NCBI RefSeq assembly: GCF_038025025.1
Contig: NW_027117341.1
Span: forward strand, 2,418,001-2,482,000
Direction: 5' to 3'
Source of the DNA: Phyllosticta citribraziliensis
Lineage: Eukaryota
Length of the DNA stretch: 64,000 bases
Part shown: piece by piece, positions 34,077-45,914 of the stretch
How the letters are laid out: every line of letters starts with the position of its first letter
How positions within the stretch are numbered: position 1 is the stretch's first letter
Made by a program: the position numbers and the translations under genes
Notes under the pieces: generated by a model
The model's database searches: none
What the model was told of the DNA's origin: nothing
What the model saw: only the letters and a program-made list of their open reading frames with translations

Positions 34077-35064
34077 ATGGGATCAGGGAGCGACGCGTCC
34101 ATGGACCAACGCCACAACGACATGATGGACGCCCAGCGCGAGCGCGCTGTTCGTACCGAGCACGAGCGCACCCGCACCCGCACCTGGCAGTGTACTTTGT
34201 GGGTCTGGCTGATTTCCTTTGTCGTGTGCGTCATCGCCATCGTCTGGGTGCGACAGAGCAGCGTCTTCCTCTCCTTCCACTCCTCCTCGACCGCACACAA
34301 GGAAGGCGACCAGCACGCCATGCCAATCAACACGATCGTCGACACGATGAAGCAGTTCGCCGCCCTCCAAGACCTGGAACAGCAGCTGGCCGATTCCGTC
34401 ACGCTAGGAATCTACGCCAGCAGCGAGCTCCAAAGCATCATCTCCTCACTGGAGATAGAGTCGATGCGGACGTTTCAGAACACAGGCCAAGACATCAGTC
34501 AGCTGGGGAAGATGTTAGAAATGGCGCAGGATAGGATGCAGGCCATGTCAAGGACGTTGGAAGAGCTCCGCGTACGTACCGACCGTTCCCACTCAAAACG
34601 AGACCCAAGAGCTGACTTTGCAACAGACCACTGAACCAGCCCTCAGAGATTGCATACAAGCCCTCGAGAGCCTGCATACCGGCAAACCTGAAGGCCTCTT
34701 GGGGCCACGGAGTGGCGTGGCTCACGGGCAAACTCAAGAAGGAGCTGTCGGGGTCCAAGCAGCTCAATGAGCACATTGGCAGCTTCAAAGGCGAGGTCGA
34801 GGCCGTCGTTTCTTGGACATGTACGGCAGGGTTTTTCGCGACGAGTCTGAAGTCCGAGGCTTTGTTCAGGGCCGAGGATGTCGAGGTCGAGGCGTTGTGG
34901 TGGTGGTGATGGTGGTGTTCTGGCGTTGGCGATGGCGACACGGAGCAGAGGAGGAGCTGAAAATTGCCGAGCGCTTCTTGCAACGGGTCGGCCGGATGGA
35001 CGGTGGTCTGCACGGCTGGTTCGAGTCAGCAGTCGGCGGCATGATGAAGTGGTCGAGCAAGTGA
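34077..35064 (+). CDS. Single-pass membrane protein with long coiled coil; 3' part frameshifted
   Basis: Hydrophobic TLWVWLISFVVCVIAIVWV is followed by heptads (MKQFAALQDLEQQLADSV...LGKMLEMAQDRMQAMSRTLEELR). Helical-looking sequence continues in shifted frames 34712-34909 and 34920-35064. Confidence 0.55.
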
Positions 35065-35160
35065 GGGCGTGGAGAATCGTCATCATCGCTGCCGACCACA
35101 TGAGCAGTGGCGGAATGAGGCGGGGCTGAAGCAAAGGCTGCCTTGTCCAACTGTCACTAG

Positions 35161-36215
35161 TCATGAATCAAGGGAACACTGGGCGTGCTTAAGAAAGATG
35201 CGCGCCTCCGGGCTGGCCGCGTCGACCCCCTCATCACTGCGGTACGTGTTTCCCGGATTCAGCAGCGCCAGGAAGCCGATGATTTGCACAACATGGCCGC
35301 TGAGGTCGAGCATACTGAAGCGCCCCCCGTGGTGGTTGTGGCGGCGCGCCTTGGCCACGGCAACGAGGTCGGGGGCTCGTTTCGAGGCGTCGTGGGCGCG
35401 CGGATCCATGCTCCGAACAGTTTCCGCAAGAGATGGTGACGATGATGAAGCGGGATATCTGGCCGAGACTGTGTTTACCATCATGCTCCCGAGTGTGTTG
35501 GTGGCGGTGGAGGAGAACGAGTAAGGATGGGACATGCAATCGGGAGAGACGGCTTCAGCTTGGTGGACAAAAGGCGATACATAGAGACGGGTGAAGAGGT
35601 AGAGCGTGGAATGATGGAAACCGAAGAAGCACTGGAGGTGAGCCAGACCAAAAGGGAGACGGAGCGGAGAAGGGTGAGGGATTGCTCGCGGCGTGAATGC
35701 AACAAGACCTGATTCCTTTGGCTTGTACCTTAGGCCAGACACATGGCCATCGCCCTCTCCCTTTCCTGCTCGGCCATCTTGCGCATCGCGTCGCACTGCC
35801 ACGGATCCATGAAGGCCCTGGATTTGCACATGGCCGGATGCCACGTCTGATTCATCATGCGGAATTCCTCGCGGACCTGCCCTTGGCACGCTTTGGCTTC
35901 GTCGCTCATGCCCGGCACGACGAGTGCCCGCATCTGTCCAGCACATAAAAGTCGGCAGGCTTGTATTTGGACAACGTCAACTTGATCGTGTCGGGCGACG
36001 GTGGAGGGACCGTGAGAAACCAGCTAATGACGAGGCCAATGAGGCAGTATAGGAAGGGCGCGTGTGCGCGGGCTTGTTGTCTTGGACGACGACTTGGAGG
36101 AATTGTACTCGGAGGAGGATAGTCGCGGACGGGGATTCAGCTGTGCAGAAAAGTCAGTCGGTGGTTGTTTGGACGGATGGCGGACGTGCGGCAAGTTTTC
36201 CAGCTGGGCTGCCAT
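35161..36215 (-). pseudogene. Orphan pseudogene
   Basis: ORFs 36024-36215 and 35730-35933 are in the same frame, separated by one TAG (36024-36026) and ending at a TAA (35730-35732) next to a GTAC donor-like site. Coding-like sequence continues to 35161. Confidence 0.45.
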
Positions 36216-36929
36216 GTTCCTTCGCTCAGGTCATTCAGTCCGTAACGGACCCGACGCAACTGAAGACTGCCGTGGCGTCAGGTCGACTTTCGGGCGCTGC
36301 AACCCGCGGGACGGTACAGGTATTGGTTGTAGCAACAGCAACTGAAGGTTACAGTCTGGCCGGCCGTGGCTGAGACTGTCCCGTCGCTAGTCTGCACCGC
36401 CCCGCGACAGTCTTGACTAAGCGAGGTGGCTTGTGGCTGGCTGGACCCCACCTCACCTCCCAGCACCTCAGGCGGCACTCCGCTCCGCTCCGCTCCGCTC
36501 TTTCTTTATCCGATTGAGCCCGGTCGGGTTCCAGCGTTTACCCCAAGGAACGTCCCGTCTCCCCATCTGTCGCAGGGAGATGCCATCGCCGGCGGCGAGT
36601 CCGCAGAGCTCCTACGTCTAACGGGATACACCAGCAACCCACAAGCTCCAGTCAATTGAGCCAGTCCGGGCACTCGAAAGAGACGAAAACCCCAACATCA
36701 TCGGCCATTTCTGTTGAGCCATGCCATGCCATGCCATGCCAGCACTTCTGCCAGCGTCTGGCCCGCACTGGCTGTTGAAGCCGAGCCAGATCTACCGGTA
36801 CATAGGTACCTTGCCCATTGGACTCCATTTCCACTTGCTCTTCTCTGACCTGTTGCAGACGCTCCGGCAAGCCCCTCTCTATATCCTATCTCTCGACCTC
36901 TACGCCAGCGCCAACTACCACCCTCCGCC

Positions 36930-37445
36930 TTACCCGCACACGCCCATGGGCGACACCCACCTCATTGTGGCCGCAGACCTTTTGCCGGCGAAAGGATAAC
37001 CCTGTCTACCGTCGTCATTGAGGAAGGGCTGCCCATATGGAGGGAGCTGCATACTTAAGGACGTGGCCATGGATGGTCTGGGAAACATACTTCTGACTAA
37101 GCGAGCAAGAAAGCTCCCCTGCCCTGAGACCGATTGAACTAACTCTTCGAGGCAGTTTGATCGCCACCTGAACTTTAACAACACTCGGCGGCATGAGCCA
37201 CAGACGTGTGGGACAGGACAGGTCTCGTTCTTAGTACCAACGCCCGAGCAAATCGTCGCAAACATACCATCCTCTTTTCCTATCAAAATGCCATCCATCG
37301 CCTTTTTTGCGACGGCCTCGGTCTTCTCGGCTGCTTTGCGGTCCAGGCCGTCCAAGACGCGGAGCTTCTCGACCAACAGTCCGGCTTCTGACACCTTGGT
37401 TTCCACAAGGCGTGGACCGAGTGCCCGCGCTTCGGGTCTGTACAT
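36930..37445 (-). CDS. Hypothetical protein fragment (likely 3' exons of a decayed gene)
   Basis: Helical segment ETKVSEAGLLVEKLRVLDGLDRKAAEKTEAVAKKAMDG is followed by a GTATGT donor. The upstream frame contains TAG stops. Confidence 0.35.
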   Translation of the reverse strand: MYRPEARALGPRLVETKVSEAGLLVEKLRVLDGLDRKAAEKTEAVAKKAMDGILIGKEDGMFATICSGVGTKNETCPVPHVCGSCRRVLLKFRWRSNCLEELVQSVSGQGSFLARLVRSMFPRPSMATSLSMQLPPYGQPFLNDDGRQGYPFAGKRSAATMRWVSPMGVCG

Positions 37446-40400
37446 TGGCGGACGAAAGGCGCTGTTGCCGCCTCTTGATACCTACCTACCGAGTGCGCTG
37501 CCAGCAAAAAGTTCGTTAGCGTCGGATACCTGGCAAGGACGCCGGACGGCTGGATGCTCCGCCGTCGACTGCCATGGGTTCGCTCTCGGACTCGAACTCG
37601 TACTCGAACCTCGAGTCACGCTTCGAAACCAGTGGGGTTCCTGGCTGCGCTCAGGCGCTTCTTACACTTGCGGTTGGACGGGACGGGCAGTGGCTGGCGC
37701 AGGCCTCATCCTGCTGCTGCATCTGCCGCCCGGCGTCAAGCTACTCGCACGGGCTGTGCTTCTCCAGGCATGCCCCTAAGGATTTAAGACGCGCAAGCTG
37801 TTGTGCACGACGCTTCCATTTCTACGAAACCGAGTTCATGAGTTGCTTTCTCTCGGCGATTAGCCGCGAAACTTGGAAGAGAAGCAAGCGCACTTGGATT
37901 GTGGACAAGATGACGGCCTTGTGATGACTGGAGATTTTGTTGACTTCGCTAGTCAACCGACTGACCAACCGACTACATCTACCGTGACCGAGTCGCACCA
38001 AAACCATGTACGCAAAGGATCCAGCCAAAGCTACATAGATGGGCAGGGGTAAGCGACGGCGTCGACGTGAAATTGAAGGGGTCCAAGAATGGAGACTGCA
38101 ATCAATTGGTCAAGGCCTCCTTACATTCATTCTTCCCCCTTGCCTGCGGTCGCGCGTCTCTTCAGCGCCCTACTGGCTTGCCATGCCCTCGCCCCTTACA
38201 TGCAGAAATTTCTGCTCAAGAAATGCATGCATAGAGCCACGCTTCCGGGACCACGTGCAGATGACTTCCTTTTGGCAGCAGCATAGATACGTGAGAGAGA
38301 ATCCACATTGTCCCTCCCCCTGATCATTTCTTCTCCCTGCTGATGTACAAGCGCGCAATGATGGGAGCTCCGTCGCTGCCATCAAAATTGAACGACCAGC
38401 GTCAGATGCAGCATCCGCAGTCTCATCCTCATCCTCGGTATGCTCTCCTCCCACGGCCACCTGTCAACGCCGTGTTCGACTTCCAAATCAGCACGCTCAT
38501 CCGACTCGACAAGGACCCATGAAAACCAGACGAAGAATGAATCTTGGCGGCCACTTCCTTGGGCGACGACGGCGACGACGTCCAGCCACGGCCGCAGCCA
38601 AAAAAGCCAAGGATTCATCGACCTCTCTCACTGCGGCGCCACGGTGCGCTTGCACCGTGGCGCCGCAGCCGCCACTGCAGGCATGACGGAAACGACGAAT
38701 GACAAGGCGTCGACCGCCGCCGCTACACGAGGAGGAGCCAACGCGGATGATGCCGGCCAGCGTGTGGAAGAAGAAGAAGAAGTAGAAGAAGTGGTCCTGG
38801 CCGCCGAGCTGGTGGAGATGGAAATGCAAATGCACGGACACGACGTCTGTGCTGCTACAGCTGCAATTGCGCTGGGGAGGGAAAAGGGCGGGTATTTGGA
38901 TGTGTATGGTTGCTAGAAAGCGGGCGGGATTGCGGACTGGAGGAGAAAACACTTGGGGCGCGACCACAAAACCCTGATGCCTCCAAATCGTTGACGTCGG
39001 CGCTGGTGTTTGTAGAGCCTACACAAAACATCGTTTCCCGCCTGGCGGTCTGTCTCTCCTCTCGTCAAGCCAAAACCGCGCCCTGCTGCGTCTTACTGGC
39101 CTCGCGTCCTGCCTCGAACCCCGTCCACGCCTGCTCCGCCTGCTTAGCCTGGTTGTCCACACAAACCCAAACCAATACCGTGGCCATCTAGAACCGCGCC
39201 GACTTTCTATGGCCATGTTGGTCAACGAGGTCATGAACTCGACCAGCAAATTCACTCTCTTCTGTTCTTCGTTCGTTCTTCTGATGCGCACAGTGCCTGC
39301 GCTGCCGGTGCCAACTCCATGTCACTGTGGAGTGTCGTGATGCATGATGTCATGTGGGCCCGGCGGGCACCTCCGCCTGCGGTGCCCCCGCTGACACATA
39401 CTGGACAGTGTCTCATCGCCGGAGAACTTTCAGGCTTTTCCTCCCCATCGCACCCCAAGTGCTTTCCTACCAGTTTTCCGGGTCTCGAGACGTATCCCAA
39501 TCAGCGCGCGGCCACAAATACGATGCGCTGCGTAGGGGCATGGGCTGTTCGATAGCTTGGGCTTTGGGGCGGCGATGGCGAGGATGCGGGAGGGTTACGG
39601 GACGGCGTTGGTCAGAGCGAATGTCGTGAAGCCATTTGAGGCGTCGAGCAGCGGCGGTCGGGGGCGAGAGTGACTGGGAAGATGGTGAGTCGGCAGAGCC
39701 TTGAGGAAATCCAAGGCAGGCCTGTTTGGGAATCCGGGGAGAAAACAGTCCTCTCTCCACTGCCTCTGCCCTGTACGATGCTCCGCTTCTCTTCAGCGGC
39801 CCGCACACGGCCCGCTAATGCCGGTGACGAAACCGCAGACGCAGCGCAGCACAGCACGGCGCATCCAACAAGAGCTTCTGGAGCAACGCAACAGACGCGT
39901 CGTCAGACATGGCGAGCCCTGGCCCTGGCCTGCCTTCAAGGGAACCGCTGTTCCAACGGACGGCGGAAACACTTGGCAAGCACAGCTCAGCCGAGCAAGA
40001 GGGCGGCGATTTGAGGCAATACACACCCGCAGCCAACACAGCCATCCACGATAATCTCCAACAGTCTTGTGTTTGTTTCCCTCCATTTTCTGTGTTCGCA
40101 GCCAGGTGGACTGGACCCGAGCGCTGCGGCGCGGTTCGGGAGCGCGTCGCGAGAAGGCGGGCGAGGTTTCGCGAGACGGTGGCGCGGTCGCATGCGGCGG
40201 ACGTTGTGGTAGGTTGCTGCTCATCTTTCCATCTTTCGGGATCCTGCGGCAGGGACATGCATGGGCGATGGACACGGCGAGTGTTGAGACGCCAGAGAGG
40301 GCAATGCGGTCGCGCGAGGGATCGGGTCTTCGTTTGTCGCTCGGAAGAGGAGATGGTGCGTCGTGGTGGTGAGGAAGAGGACGGAAAGGGAGGAGATTTG

Positions 40401-40762
40401 GCGGCGCGTGTCGGCGAACTTTGCGCGTGCGAGCTTCGACGCAGCACTGGACAGCGCCAGGCCAAGGGCGAAGGCAAAGGCGAGGGTGAGGGCGAGGGCG
40501 AGGTCAGTAGGAGATGATGTGGTTGATGAGGATGAGGTCGGGTGGTGGTGGAGAGAGGGGGGGAGAGGGAGAGGTCGAGATGCAAAAATGGCAGGTGTGA
40601 TGGGTGGATGGATGAGTAACGCACCTGCCCACATCACACACACAAGAGAAATGTGAAATCCTCTCTTTCTAGAAAACCCTGGATTCTTCGTCTTCATCAT
40701 CATCTTCTCTCACCTTCGCCGTCATTCTCACAAGGCTGACAACCCTCCATCGACAAACCAGC

Positions 40763-41649
40763 ATGGGTGCGGATGCAGACGGGGACGGATGGGTGCTTGT
40801 CTCCGACGAGGAACGCCACGACATTGGACTCGAAGAGCACACAGACATCTTCTTCACCAAAGTCACCGACGACTCCCTTCAAGCTCTAGTCTCGGAGGCA
40901 GCGACCGCGTTGACCGACGCCATCAAGGCCGTCACATTGACCCTTGGCGGGTGGTTGTTCAAAACCAGCGGCCTGGAAAGCTGGACTCGCCATGTCCCCT
41001 CTCCGCAAGAAGCTCACTGCCCGTGTTAGTCTCATGGGCCAGATTATCATCACATCTGCCCTATACCCGAGCATCGGACCAAACCAGTACCAACCTAGGA
41101 CCATGGGTGGTATTCATGGCTGTTGAGGTACTTTCTCCCTCCACCCTGTCAGCACGGACTAACGCTCCAAAGCAGTCTACTTGCCAATCAATCCGACCGA
41201 GCCATCGCTGTGCTCCGCCTCTAAACATCCTTTCGTTTCTTGTTGCGCAGTCCATGAAGACATTTACAGCCTGTTTAATCTTCTGTTCGCAAACGTACAG
41301 AGGAGAGGAAAGGAGAATATGGCGCAATATGGCTTGAATTGCAGGTGGAGCAGTCCCATCCAGCGTGTGTCTCTGGCTACACATTCTCGAAATCACAAGA
41401 GTTCTTTCTGCGATCCATTTGCTCCATGTCTTGCTTGGGTGCCGTGGCCTTTGTTTTCCTTGTCGGACGGACGGACCCGTGTGTACCAAGAGACGCGGCC
41501 AAGTAGCGCGTCAAGGTCTCTGCGCAGAAACCGTAGAGTCGGCAGGAAAATACAAAGCGAAACATTCATACCCTGCGGACGAGGCACACAAGTTGGCACC
41601 CGTCGTGAGAGAAGGCGATATGGAGGAGGACGGCGACGAGGACGCTTGA
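40763..41649 (+). pseudogene. Orphan gene with stops/frameshifts and acidic WVLV motif
   Basis: ATG ORF MGADADGDGWVLVSDEE... stops at TAG 41027-41029. Intron GTACTT..ACTAAC..CAG at ~41128-41175. Coding-like continuation in shifted frames to 41649. Confidence 0.4.
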
Positions 41650-42479
41650 ACGACAAGGTTGATCGGCCCTGACTACGGACAAAAATTGTAGCAGTCGTGC
41701 AAATTGAGCAGCCAAGGGCCAAAAGCTGTCTTCGCGCGACCAGACGCTGACTCTAAGGACTAAGGGGTGTCCTGGGTGTTGGTAGACTTGGTCGGCACAA
41801 AGGATTTGGAACAGAGGCTCGAGTACGCCGGTCGATCAGCTCCAATCTCGAGATGATGGATGCAAACTGACCACGCATCCGCGGGTAGGTCTTCAAAAGG
41901 CAAAAGAGAAACGGCATCGTCAAGACCACCTCCTGTCGCCTGCAGCACCTCGACCGACCAACCGACCAACCGACCGGCGCTCCCGGTCACATAGCCACAA
42001 ACCGCTTTCCCGCGTGCAAACCAGAAACTCGTCGTCAAGGACCAAAGTACCAGGTCGGGCCTTTGACTTTCCAGGCAATTCGAGCAAGCGGCACAGGCTG
42101 GAACAACAATCCAAGATGGGCAGATACGAGGAGCCAATGGGTTGACATGCAGGGCAAGATGGACCATCTCCGCCGCCGGCGGCAAAATGTGAGCGAACGG
42201 AGCTGATGGATGAAGCCGGCGGACGAAGGTGGGAGGGTGTCGCAGAGAGATGCAGCGGAGAAGTAGAGAGGGTGAAGCTGGGGGATGAAGAGAGGACGGT
42301 GCAGCAGAGAGGATGAGAGTGGGAAACGAGAAGAGGCGCGTTGACGGGAGGGCGGGCGAAGAAGTGCGCCGGCGGCGGGATAACGCCGGCGGCGAGGCTA
42401 TAGCTCACCTAATAATGCTAAAACCTCAGCTAAGGATGCAATATCAGCGCGCTTAGACCCTATATAGACCCTATATAGA

Positions 42480-45400
42480 CTATATAAAGGACCTTTCCTT
42501 AGATAAGCTAATACCTCTCTTAGCTAAGCTCTTAGTTTAATTTAAATATAAAACTCCTACTACTTATTTCTTAAAAGATAATACTATACTCTTAGAAATA
42601 AGTAAGTTAAAATAATATAATATTAATATATTTTCTAATATTCTCTAGATAAAGGGGTAGGATTTTTAAAATATCCCTTTTAAGGACTATCTCTTCTAAT
42701 ATAAAATTATCTCTAGAATAAAAATATTATAGTTAATATTACTTAAGAGAATTAATAGTAGAGAATTAAAGATAAGCTATTATAGTAGGCTTATAAGGTA
42801 GAAGAGAATATAGCCTAACTAGAATTTATAAGTATTAAATAAAGATTCTTATAATATTATAATATTAATAGATTATTTCTTAAAGCCTAAAACTCTTACT
42901 ATTAGAGTACCTAGTACTTAGAATAGTCTATAAGCTTACTTTATAGAGTTTATAGATAAGGTTCCTTACTATTTTAAAATATATAAATTAGGATATATAT
43001 ATATTTTCCTATACTTTAAAGAGATATTATAAGCTATAAAGAAAATTATAACTAAAAATTAGGTAAGGAATATTATTATATTATAAATATAATATTAATA
43101 TTTAATAGATATAATATTCTTTTATCTAATAAGATAGCTAGGATAAAATAATTAGCCCCTTCCTTAAAAATACCTATAGCTTATAAATAATATTCTACTA
43201 TAATAAAGTAAAGTATTACTAGTATATTAATAAGAGAGTTCTTAACTTCTATTATTAATATATAGATTCTAATACTTTTAGAATCTTAAATAGTATCTAA
43301 GGACTAATTAACCTAGAAGAAATAAATAAAAATAAAAAGAAAATAAATTCTATTTTTATTAAAATAAAGAATTAATTCTAGAAGGGGCAAGCCTATACTA
43401 AATAAGTAGAAACTTATTTACTATAACTTTTATATTAGTAGAATCTAGTAAGGAAGACTTTTTTATATTAATATTATATTATTATTAGACTATTACTAAG
43501 TTATTATTCTTATAATAGGATACTAATAGGGTCTATTATATATTTACCTATTACTTAAATTTTTAAGCTAGAAGTCCTTACTTCTTTAAGTTATTCTAAC
43601 TAATTTAGGGATTTAATATTTAACTCCTAGAAGAACTTATAAAATAGGGCTATAAAGAACTATAGAAGAAATATAGTATAGTAGAATATATACTCTTATA
43701 AAGGGTAAATTATAGTAAGCTATAAATAATCTATTATTATTATAAAGTTAATATTTAAAAAGGGATTAATTATAAGTAAGGGCCTAGTAAGCTCTTTTAA
43801 TCTAAATACTAGGTCCTAAGAAGATATAGGTAAAATTAAGAGCTTTTATATAAGGTTAAAATAACTTTCTTTATCCTAGATAACTATATAGGCTTCCTAT
43901 AAGTATAGGTATATTTTAAAGGAGTTTATTAGTACCTACTACTACTACTAAGTAAAATACTACTAAAACTAATAAATAAAATTATTAGAATTCTTAGAAG
44001 AATTAAGGACCCTATAATTTTAGTAGAAAAGTTAATAAGAATATCTTTATATTAATTTTATAATTTTAAAGTACTAATATTAAGCTATAGGAAGAGTTAA
44101 AGATTATATCTACTAGTAGAAATTTCTTAATATATATAGTATAAAGTCTATTAAGGAGATCTATATTTACTTTATAAATATTAGCTATTTTTAAATAGTT
44201 ATAATATAGGATTAGCTTCTTTTAAATCCTTATAGATTAGATAAAAAAGCTATTTAGTATAAGTATAAAACTTAGTATTAGAATTAAGATTTAGTATAGA
44301 AAAAAGCTATATTAATATTCTAATACTAATCTATTTAAGGTATATATCTAAGCCGCCTATTTTAAACTATATAGATTTTAAGTTTTCTATTTCTTTAAAG
44401 AGTAAGCCTAAGTTCTTTAAAAACTAAAATACTTTAATATAGATCTCTTATTTAAACTTATTTAAATAAGTAAGTTAAATAAGATTATCTTTATAATAAT
44501 AGATTAGAAATATAGAAAAAGTATATTATTTAAAAAGCTAATAAGAATATTTTATTAATATAATATTTTAGTTTATATCCTTAGTAGGATCTTTATAAAA
44601 GAGGAGACTATATCTATCTATCTCCTAGTCTTTTAAAGGTTTTTTTAACTTATTAAAGAGCTAATAGGCTAGGAAAATTACTAGAAATATATTTATAGAA
44701 ATAGCTTTAGTACTATTTAGGTTAATATAGATTTAAAGTAATTTTTAAGTAAGAAGAATATAATCTTTTTATAAAAATACTAATTTATTTCTAGCTTTTA
44801 GCTAATATCTCTATCTAGTTAATAGTAGACCTAGAAGTCCTAATAACTATCTAGAGGAGGTCCTTATCTTTTATAATATTTATTTTAAATATAGTATTAA
44901 AGAAGCTATAAGGAAAAATATATTTAAACTCTATAATTAAATATAGTCTATCTAAATAGCTCCTAATATAGCCTTATATAAGTAGATACTTTAGGATCTA
45001 ATAGGTATATAAAAAGAAACCTAATATAATTATATTATACTAATAACTTAAAGCTTATAGATCTAGTAAGGTTAAAGCCTAGGTAAATTATAAATATAGA
45101 TAGGTATTTAAAGCTAGCCTAAATAAGATAGTATCTTAAGTTTAATATAATCTTTAGGATTAGATATAGAAGTATATAAATACTATTAAATAAGCTATAA
45201 ATAAGTCCTATAAATTTAGATAGAGGTAGATAATACTTACTATAATAAGAGAGTAAGTAAACTAATTATAATAGTTTTAGAATTTTAACTTATTCTTTTA
45301 GATATATAAAGATAGACTAAGAAGATATTAATTAATATCTTATAAGAAAGAGTATTAGAATATCTTATATTTAAAGAAATACCTCTTAAAGTACCTATTT

Positions 45401-45720
45401 TAAAAAAAGCCTAAGGAGAAATAGTAAGATAAAAACTTTATAATTTTATTATAGTATTAATATTATCTAGAGCGTTTTTAGGCTTAAAATTAAAATTAGG
45501 TAGAAGTACTAGCCTAAGACTAGAAGGGACTAGGCGGATTTTAATATACCTCTAATAAAGTACTAAGAACTCTAGGCTAGTTAAGAATAGATTCTATTTA
45601 GCTACTATCTATTCTATAAGTATAGAAACTAAGAGACTAATTATACTCTTTAAATAAAAGGCTAGAAATAGATAGGAGGGAGGATTAAGATAAGCTAATA
45701 AGAGATATATTAGTTTATAT
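42480..45720 (-). pseudogene. RIP-destroyed long ORF (~1000 codons) of unknown family
   Basis: The minus-strand frame from an ATA at ~45718 de-RIPs to a Q/P/S-rich N-terminus. After a GTAAGT donor at 45240, one frame continues towards ~42500 with only TAA/TAG stops. I recognise no transposase or RT motif. Confidence 0.45.
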
Positions 45721-45914
45721 TTAAAAAGGAGAAATAGATTAGGTAGCTATTACTTAAATACTAGAAGAGGAATAGAGTAAGGTAGAATAAATCTTAATTT
45801 TAAGATAAAAGTCTACTAGAAGAAACCTACTAAAAGATAAAGTAAAGATAAGATATTATTAGTATATTAATATTAAATTATAAAATTACTACCTAGATAA
45901 ATTTTTACTATATT

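Noticed and set aside
36250..40700. Numerous overlapping 60-270 aa ORFs on both strands (also 4300-5600, 9100-10300, 12400-13500 and 62100-64000)
   Set aside because: Mostly R/P/S/A-rich shadow frames expected in high-GC DNA, with no domain, paralog or splice support strong enough to call.
1..42397. Starship giant transposon
   Set aside because: I recognise no DUF3435 tyrosine recombinase captain, DUF3723, patatin or NLR cargo in the window. It cannot be excluded if the element ends lie outside it.
42398..42480. Helitron 3' hairpin/CTRR terminus
   Set aside because: Only a short palindrome is present, with no convincing CTRR end and no Rep/helicase motifs in the adjacent dead ORF.
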